From a virus (taxonomy: Duplodnaviria > Caudoviricetes), in IMG/VR virus record IMGVR_UViG_3300020577_004280, positions 64,001 to 128,000 of that record: a DNA stretch of 64,000 bases, one strand, 5' to 3'. Below the pieces are notes generated by a model that saw only the letters and a list, made by a program, of their open reading frames with translations, had not been told where the DNA came from and did no database searches. Shown in pieces: positions 56,692-64,000 of the stretch (the stretch's first letter is position 1; each line of letters opens with the position of its first letter). The translations under genes and the position numbers were made by a program.

Positions 56692-59600
56692 CTATTTCTT
56701 CTTTCCACCTTGACCAACGGTATTATCTACTGCTGGCATGTTATTCTTACTTGTATATTGCGTTAAAGCTTCCTTAGCTTTATTTACCGCGATTTGTTCA
56801 ATTTGTGGTAATAAACTTTGTAGAACTTCAGCACCATTAAATATAACTTCAACTTTATGATTAGCTTCCAAACTAATAGTATGTGGGAAAGCGTTTAAGA
56901 TTTTACCTAAATCTTGCACCGCTGTATTAAACACATTGACAGATGAGCTAAACCCTTCAATATTTGGAGGTTGTCCACCATTACCGCCCGACGGTGTAGC
57001 TTCGCGTTGTGGTCCTAAATCTCTACCGGCTGCTTTAGGTGTACGACCGAATAACTTACCTAGTTTTTCAGCGTCGGTTTGTTCACTAAGAGGCTTAACA
57101 TAAGGTACACCGCTATTCTTGTGTGTATCTGGTAATGGTATAATATTTGGACTATAGCCTCTATCCAATAAATCTTTAGCATCCGGACCATATCTATTAT
57201 TTGATGGATTTTCATTACCTGGATTGTATCCTCTATATAATAAATCTTCTAGACCTTGTTTTGATGGTATTCTTTGTGTTTTAAAATTACTACCAGTAAA
57301 TTTATTTCGTACAGTACTAGCAGATTGACTACTTAATAATGTACTGTTTAATCCGCGTACACCAGTTACACCATCTACACCACTAATATTATTACTATTA
57401 GTACTAGTAGTCTTAGTAACACGAGATTGTTCTAGTTCGGCGCGTTTTTGTGCTGCAACTTTGATAATAGCTTTATTTTCAGCTAAACCAGGTCTATATC
57501 TATTACGATATTCTTCAATATATTTCTTATTCTGTTCTTTTGAAGATTTGCTCTGAGCATCGCGTTGCTTACGGTACGCTTCAACATCCAGTTTATTTTG
57601 TTTGAGACGACTACTTCTTTCTTTAGCTCTTTTTTCAATTTCTAGTTGAACTTCTTCATCTGTTAATTGACTACCGCTTTTATTTACAGAAGATGATGGT
57701 GTCAACGTACTAATAGAACCATCAGAAGGTGTCTTATTACTATAGTCTTCAGTTTTTGCTAATTTACTCTTAAGACTAGCATTTTGTTCTTGTCTACGTT
57801 TATCTACATCAGAGTTAAATTTTTCTCTAGCAATACGTTTTTCTTCTTCTTGAGCCGCAACGTCTTTAGCAACTGGATAACCATATCCACCATATAGTTT
57901 ATCATTTGTATGTTTATCTATAGATTGTTTATAACCTTTATCAGCTAAATCTTTAGCTGTCATCCCTGGTTTAAAACCATATTTTTCACGCAGTTCTTTA
58001 GCTGCTGGACTTTCACGTTTAGCAGCTTCGTCACTAGATTTTTGTTTAACGTTTTGTTCTGTAATATGTTGATGAAACTGTTTGTTAAGACGTTCAGCTT
58101 CAGCTTTCCTTTGCTTAAAAGCAGGGTCAGTTTCTGAACGTATCTTAGCTTGACGCTCGGAAACCTTTTTATCAAGATGAGCGCTACGTATTTGTTCGTT
58201 GTAGTTTAAGTCTACGGTTTCTTGAGCTAATGAAGCTAGACCTTCACCGCTTTTTAATGGTGTAGTACCAGTCAAGCCAGACATAGCATTATGTAGATAT
58301 CCACCTAATCCATCTAAAGCCGGATGAATTAGCTGTCTACCCATAAATTCAACCGATTTATTTTCTCCGGTAGTATTGCCGTAATCGTCTTTGCCGTCAA
58401 TTAAATTGCGGTTTGAAACAGCACCTATAGCTGTACTTACCGGTCCAAACAACGGGTGGTTTAATACATTGGTCAAACCCTTAATAGGATGTTTAACACC
58501 ATATTTAGCTGCACCAAAAGCGTTACTACCAAATTTACTTAGGCCACTACCAATCCTACTTAAGAAACTTGGAGGTTTTGGACCTGTTAAAAATTTACCT
58601 TTACGTATTATATCTTTAACTCTATAATTTGGATATATAGTTTTCTTAGCTTCTGCTGCTTGATAAACGCCTTCTGGACTTGGTAAATTACCAGCTATGT
58701 TAGGTGTACTAGTAGAAGGGCCACCGGTATATTTACCGATAGGATTTTGACCAAATACTGGCGGTGTACCGTAAATTTTGCCACGAGCAGTCGTACCAAT
58801 TCTACGTTGTTTACCAAACGCTGGAGAAACTTTTTCAAACGCTGTAGTACCAATCTTTTTTACATATTGAGAGAATGGTACACGTACACCTGCTGTAGTA
58901 CCAATACGTCTTGGAATCTTAAACGTAGTATCCTTACTTAGGTTTGGTATCTGTATTTGAGATGGGTCAAATTTACCTATTCTATCAGCAATAGTAGGCT
59001 TCTTAATATATTCAGATAGCTCTGGCATAATTTCCTGTAAAGACTTTACTTTATCAGGAACGAGTGCTAGCAATCTTTCTAATCCTTTACCACCTTTTAA
59101 CGCGTGTTTAGTTGCTTTAGCGAATCTTTCAGTTGGTCTAGCAAGATATTTTTGTATATCAGCATCTCTTAAGTTGTACCCTTCGACATCAGCTAACGCT
59201 TCTATCCCAGCTTTATCACCAAATAATTTAGCTATTTTAGCCATTGGTGTTCTAGTTTTTTGGCTAGAAGTAATAAAATCTTTAGCTTCGTTAGATGATT
59301 TGTAATCTAAACCATGTAAAGCTTCTTCAACAATAGTATTGACACCAGCAGCTTGAGGATTAAGAATAATACTATTTTTAGGGAAACTACCTAATCTACC
59401 ACCAGCACTATATGCGCCTCTAGCAGTATGACCTTTAGAATTCGTCAAACCCTGTTGACTAAATATATTTTCACCAACAATATCTCCAATATTAATTCCA
59501 AGAGGACCAAGTATTCTGTTAGCTTCTCCTATGAATCTTAGTAATTGTCTATTACTTTTACCACCAGAGAACGGATTAAGTTTAACTGGCCCACTACTGC

Positions 59601-62600
59601 CATCAGCAAATTTTTGAGCATGACCAAAGTTCATAGCGTCTAGTTTTGTTGCACCAATCTTAGATACAGCTTTTTTATTTAATACGTACTCACCAGGAGT
59701 AAGCAATGCTTTAACGGTATCACCGCCACCAAATCCTTTAACGCGACCACCTGTAGCAAATCTAGAACTTTGAGTACCATTTCTAGCATCATTAATTTTA
59801 CCATTAAGACCTGATAAATTTGCGTCAATTTTATTTAATTGTTCTGTATAGCCTTGAATAGAATCGGTTAATTCTTGAAAAGAATCTAGATTTTCCAATA
59901 AACCATCAGCAGAAAAAGCTTTATTTACTTCATCTAAAGATTGTAGAACCTTGCTAGCCTGTTCTGGAGTAAACTGAGAATAAATACTATTATGTATATC
60001 GCTACGACGCTTATCGATACTATCCAACTTCTCTTTTTGGATTTTTTTTAATTCTTCACGTCTTGCTTCTAAATCACTACTGGTTGTGTCAATAAATCCA
60101 CCACCCGGTATCGCTTGACGAACAGTTTTACCCTTAGCTTCAGCTATACGTGTTAACTCTTGAGTACTAAAATTACTACCTAGTTCTTGTTGTAAAGCAT
60201 TAAAGATATCTTCTTTTTTCGTTACATTATAATCTTTCTTAATCTTAGCTTGCTGAACACCAACATATTCTTTATTAATTGCATCCAAACTATTAATTTC
60301 ATTAAGATTATTTTTTAGATACTTAATATTATTAGGTTGAGTTAAATCAATCCCTATTTTTTTACCTAAAGTAGTAATATCTGATTGTCTTTTTTCTATA
60401 GCAGCTTTACCGGTGACTATTCCGTTTTTATTTTGGTCTTCTGTTTGACGTTGTTTTTCTAGTAAGTCAATTTCTGATTGTTTGCGTATTTCAGCTATCC
60501 AGTTATAAATAGCCGCTTTTAGTTCTTGTTGAGAAGTAGTAATGGATTCAGCATATATTTTTTGAGCGTCAATACTCTTTTGTTGAGCATCTAATATACG
60601 TTGTTGTAGTTGTCCCTCTTCTTGTGTTTTCTGTACATTAGCTCTAGCGTCAGCTTCAGACATACCCAAATTATTTTTAAGGAAATTAACTTGAGTATCT
60701 TCTGATAGTTGTCTTGCGTTAACACCGAATACTTTAGACTCACCAAAATTATCAAGCATACTAAGAACACCAGCGCGTAATGTTTCTGGAATACTTTCTA
60801 TATTGCGTGTTTGTGCTAATCTAGCAGTAGCAGCAATAGTAGTATTTATATCCATACGTTCTGAGTTAGTACCAAAAGTATAAGCTTTAATCAAATCTCT
60901 ACGAGGTTGATTTTCTTCTTTTACACGATTGTACATTTCTTCTAGTACAGTAGCGTCATGAGCGGATTCACCAAGCATTTCCAAACCTTTGGTAACTCTG
61001 CCAAGTTCTTCCGCTAGTTTTTCACGTTCTTCTGTTAATTTAGTGAAATCATCAAATTTAGGATTCTTACGTAATTTATCATCGATACCTTTGATTTGGT
61101 TTTCTAGTTTATTTCTATCTAACCCCAATGATTGCGCAGATGCCCCAGCACGACTACCCAAAACTCTGTTTAAATTCGCTTTGTTATTAGAGAGTTGGTT
61201 TTCGTATTGTTGTCTGAAGTCACCACGATTAAATTCAACACGTTTATTAGCTAACGCTGTTTCTGAATCAGCAATCTGATTTTGTCTATCAATAAGCTGA
61301 AAAGTAATATCTCTATATTTAGCCAATCCTTGAGTAAAAACATTAAGTATATTTTCAATTACAGGAGCGGCTTCCTTGAAAGGATTAATAAACTGTTTTA
61401 GACCTTCAGCAATTTTATCAGCTACATCATAAACATTAGCTTCAATATCATCCAAAAGTTTATCTGGTTTTGATTCTCTACCGATAAGTTTGGTGACTTG
61501 TGAGGCTAATACATCACGTAATTCTGGAGAAAGATTACCTATTTCATCTTTAAATCTGTCTACAAATTCTCCGCTATCGCTGAACGCTGGTTGATTAGCG
61601 ACTGTTTGTAAAATACGTGGAAGTGAACTTATAATATCTGGTACAGATTTAATACTATCAGCAAGTCTATTCCCAGTATCACCAAAGAAAGAACCGATAC
61701 TTTGCGTAACACTATTGAAACGACCGTCACTACCATTACGAATATTCTCAAATATACTAGTGTTTACTTTTGCCCCAAACGCACCAGGATTACCGCTAAA
61801 TATACTATCAAATTGCTCAAGAGAATCGGCAAAGTTATCTACTTTATGGGTAAGATTACCAATACTTGTTAATAAACCCTCAATTTCACGTATACGTCTT
61901 ATTTCTTGGTCTTGTGCTTTAGCTAGATTTTCTAAAGCTTTTTGTTCAATAACTTGGTCTCTAATAATTTCTTCCAAGTTCTTTTTATATTCATCTAAAG
62001 TTTGATTAGAAAATTCAGCGTATATTGAAATAGCATTATGCAGTTCTTTATCTAAGTCTTCAAAACTCTTTCTATTAAGAGCTATAGTATTAATAAATGT
62101 GCCCAAATCAATTAAAGATGAATCAATAGACCCGCGAATACTTTCTTTTTCGCGAGCAGAAGAAGCGTTTACAAGCTTATCTCTAAATCCAGTAAATTTT
62201 GATTCTACTCTACCAATACCAAGTTCTGGATTAACTTCTCCCGCCTTACTGCGTTGCAAATACGTTACTTCTTTATCGAATTCAGACTTAAATTGTGCCA
62301 TACGTACTTCTTCAGCAGCTTTCTGATTAGCTGAAGCAAAGCCCCATATAGCACCAGTAAGAGTTGTTAGCGTTGCAACTACAGCGGCGGCAGCAGTACT
62401 AAATGGAGCAATAACCAAGGCTAAAGCACCACCAATTAGTAAAGCGTTATTACCGCCGTTTAACGTACCTTCTATTGATTTATTTCTCTGATATGAACTA
62501 TAGTTTTGCAGTTTTAGCTCTGCGTCAGCCATTTCATTAAACTGTGCGGCTAATTCTGAAGTAATAGCGGAAACTGCTGCTCCAGCAAATACAAATTTAT

Positions 62601-63999
62601 CTATGCTTACACCTAATTGTGCAGCTTTTCTAGCTTGACCATTTGGACCTATAGTCGCTTTGGTGACATTGGTTACATTTTGTCCAGCTAATAATTGCGC
62701 TCTAGTTGGACCAATATTATTAGCGTTTGCAGCATTAACAGCTTTCAAATTACTAATCGCTTGTTGTCTTTGTACCTGCCCGCTAGCAACTAGTCTACCA
62801 ACATTAATAGAAGTCAGTTTTTTATTTAAAAAAGCAAAACCTAATCCAAGTACACCTAATTGAGATACAGCGTTTCCAATAGAAGTAGAAAATTTATTAA
62901 CTTCTTCTCCTGGTTTTGCTAATACACCTCCTAACAATGCTCCTATTGGGCCGCCTAAAAACGCTGCTGATGTTAACCCTCTATTTAATCCACCAGAACC
63001 AATATTAGATAATCCAGTATACGCCAAAGCGTTTGAAACAGGACTATTGATAGAACTAGTAAAACTTGAATTTTTAGATGCTCCTGTAATACTTGATGGA
63101 TTAATTGCTTGAGGCACACCTTTCCCAAAAAATCCAGCAGTGTATTGTGTAGCTAAAAAGGAACCTCCAACCAAAGCAAAACTTTGTAAAGCTGGTAGTA
63201 GTTTAGTTAAAGCTGATGTTAATTGAATAGCTGAGTTTGCCATATTCAACATAAAGTCAGCAGAGTCTTTAAACGCATCACTACTAACCAATGTACGTAT
63301 TACCGCGTCAAAACGTTCTTTAAGTTTAGTCAGTTTATTAGCGAAAGAATCTTGTGCTTTAATAGAGTCTTCAGTAAGAGAATTACCTGAACGTAAAGCT
63401 ACGTCTCTAGCGGCTAGAGCTATATTGAATTGTTTGATTAATGGAATTGATTTACCGATTTGACGGAACCCACCTAATTCCTCAAGAATTTGAGCGAATC
63501 TTGGGTCTTTATTGCTAATACCATCTAAAGCCTTACTTAATCTTGCAATCGCTTTGAATGGTCCTACGAACAAACCTTTATCATCTTTTAAGTCAATACC
63601 AAGAGATTCCAAAAAGTTTTGTGTACGAGTACGTTGAAGTCTGGTAAAGATAGTACGTAAGCCTGTAGAAATACTTTCTGCGCTTTCACGAGTAGTTGCA
63701 CGAACAGAAGTAAATAAACCTAATAGTTCTTCTAGACTACCACCGGCTGCTTGAAAAGCACCACCAGTACGACGTAAAGCCGTGATAATATCAGAAGATT
63801 CAACAGCAAATTTAGCAGATACACTATTGATAGCAGACATATCTTTTTCAAGGTCACGAACGTTTTTACCGAACTGTGCCATCAAAGCGATAGCACCTTC
63901 GGTTGTATTTTCAATATCCTCGAAAGTAGCAGATAGTTCGGTTTTCGCTAGTGTTTCTAGAGCGATTCTTGTATCTTCAGCATTATAACCGGCTTGTGC
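56692..63999 (-). CDS. Tail tape measure protein (TP901-like); 5' end outside the window
   Basis: Frame open to the window end (AQAGY..EDT..AL..LAK); ESISTGLRTIFTR; FATGG.V.G.GGGD.V.ALL.PGEYVL; more than 2430 aa. Confidence 0.9.
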   Translation of the reverse strand, partial: AQAGYNAEDTRIALETLAKTELSATFEDIENTTEGAIALMAQFGKNVRDLEKDMSAINSVSAKFAVESSDIITALRRTGGAFQAAGGSLEELLGLFTSVRATTRESAESISTGLRTIFTRLQRTRTQNFLESLGIDLKDDKGLFVGPFKAIARLSKALDGISNKDPRFAQILEELGGFRQIGKSIPLIKQFNIALAARDVALRSGNSLTEDSIKAQDSFANKLTKLKERFDAVIRTLVSSDAFKDSADFMLNMANSAIQLTSALTKLLPALQSFALVGGSFLATQYTAGFFGKGVPQAINPSSITGASKNSSFTSSINSPVSNALAYTGLSNIGSGGLNRGLTSAAFLGGPIGALLGGVLAKPGEEVNKFSTSIGNAVSQLGVLGLGFAFLNKKLTSINVGRLVASGQVQRQQAISNLKAVNAANANNIGPTRAQLLAGQNVTNVTKATIGPNGQARKAAQLGVSIDKFVFAGAAVSAITSELAAQFNEMADAELKLQNYSSYQRNKSIEGTLNGGNNALLIGGALALVIAPFSTAAAAVVATLTTLTGAIWGFASANQKAAEEVRMAQFKSEFDKEVTYLQRSKAGEVNPELGIGRVESKFTGFRDKLVNASSAREKESIRGSIDSSLIDLGTFINTIALNRKSFEDLDKELHNAISIYAEFSNQTLDEYKKNLEEIIRDQVIEQKALENLAKAQDQEIRRIREIEGLLTSIGNLTHKVDNFADSLEQFDSIFSGNPGAFGAKVNTSIFENIRNGSDGRFNSVTQSIGSFFGDTGNRLADSIKSVPDIISSLPRILQTVANQPAFSDSGEFVDRFKDEIGNLSPELRDVLASQVTKLIGRESKPDKLLDDIEANVYDVADKIAEGLKQFINPFKEAAPVIENILNVFTQGLAKYRDITFQLIDRQNQIADSETALANKRVEFNRGDFRQQYENQLSNNKANLNRVLGSRAGASAQSLGLDRNKLENQIKGIDDKLRKNPKFDDFTKLTEEREKLAEELGRVTKGLEMLGESAHDATVLEEMYNRVKEENQPRRDLIKAYTFGTNSERMDINTTIAATARLAQTRNIESIPETLRAGVLSMLDNFGESKVFGVNARQLSEDTQVNFLKNNLGMSEADARANVQKTQEEGQLQQRILDAQQKSIDAQKIYAESITTSQQELKAAIYNWIAEIRKQSEIDLLEKQRQTEDQNKNGIVTGKAAIEKRQSDITTLGKKIGIDLTQPNNIKYLKNNLNEINSLDAINKEYVGVQQAKIKKDYNVTKKEDIFNALQQELGSNFSTQELTRIAEAKGKTVRQAIPGGGFIDTTSSDLEARREELKKIQKEKLDSIDKRRSDIHNSIYSQFTPEQASKVLQSLDEVNKAFSADGLLENLDSFQELTDSIQGYTEQLNKIDANLSGLNGKINDARNGTQSSRFATGGRVKGFGGGDTVKALLTPGEYVLNKKAVSKIGATKLDAMNFGHAQKFADGSSGPVKLNPFSGGKSNRQLLRFIGEANRILGPLGINIGDIVGENIFSQQGLTNSKGHTARGAYSAGGRLGSFPKNSIILNPQAAGVNTIVEEALHGLDYKSSNEAKDFITSSQKTRTPMAKIAKLFGDKAGIEALADVEGYNLRDADIQKYLARPTERFAKATKHALKGGKGLERLLALVPDKVKSLQEIMPELSEYIKKPTIADRIGKFDPSQIQIPNLSKDTTFKIPRRIGTTAGVRVPFSQYVKKIGTTAFEKVSPAFGKQRRIGTTARGKIYGTPPVFGQNPIGKYTGGPSTSTPNIAGNLPSPEGVYQAAEAKKTIYPNYRVKDIIRKGKFLTGPKPPSFLSRIGSGLSKFGSNAFGAAKYGVKHPIKGLTNVLNHPLFGPVSTAIGAVSNRNLIDGKDDYGNTTGENKSVEFMGRQLIHPALDGLGGYLHNAMSGLTGTTPLKSGEGLASLAQETVDLNYNEQIRSAHLDKKVSERQAKIRSETDPAFKQRKAEAERLNKQFHQHITEQNVKQKSSDEAAKRESPAAKELREKYGFKPGMTAKDLADKGYKQSIDKHTNDKLYGGYGYPVAKDVAAQEEEKRIAREKFNSDVDKRRQEQNASLKSKLAKTEDYSNKTPSDGSISTLTPSSSVNKSGSQLTDEEVQLEIEKRAKERSSRLKQNKLDVEAYRKQRDAQSKSSKEQNKKYIEEYRNRYRPGLAENKAIIKVAAQKRAELEQSRVTKTTSTNSNNISGVDGVTGVRGLNSTLLSSQSASTVRNKFTGSNFKTQRIPSKQGLEDLLYRGYNPGNENPSNNRYGPDAKDLLDRGYSPNIIPLPDTHKNSGVPYVKPLSEQTDAEKLGKLFGRTPKAAGRDLGPQREATPSGGNGGQPPNIEGFSSSVNVFNTAVQDLGKILNAFPHTISLEANHKVEVIFNGAEVLQSLLPQIEQIAVNKAKEALTQYTSKNNMPAVDNTVGQGGKKK

Positions 64000-64000
64000 T

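Overview
This is a 64 kb interior fragment of a large, AT-rich (roughly one-third GC by eye) lytic tailed-phage genome in the standard genetic code, with two convergent blocks meeting at about 44.35 kb. The + strand (1-44366) starts with nucleotide metabolism: the C-terminus of a class II RNR, MazG-like, PhoH, dNMP kinase and GMP reductase. Next come recombination and replication genes: RecA, DnaB, primase, a Cas4-like exonuclease carrying a class-3-type intein, DNA Pol III alpha split into two genes with a DEDDh exonuclease and a degenerate UDG between them, and SSB. A 16.6 kb, 19-gene glycosylation and sugar-methylation cluster follows, and its first GT4 carries an intein; the block ends with an annealase-like gene, GroES and small exported proteins. 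The - strand (44350-64000) encodes a CAP protein, a free-standing endonuclease, Ser-Gly-rich and Cys-rich virion/tail proteins and a tape measure protein of more than 2400 aa. I saw no tRNA, rRNA, CRISPR array or integrase. The best candidate for a new system is a phage-encoded cytoplasmic glycan synthesis and methylation pathway whose likely acceptors are the Ser-Gly-enriched virion proteins. Other notable points are the intein-free split DnaE module, a Gly-initiated WCT intein, apparent GATC avoidance and an ATT-initiated gene missed by the ORF track. All calls come from motif recognition by eye; no database searches were run.
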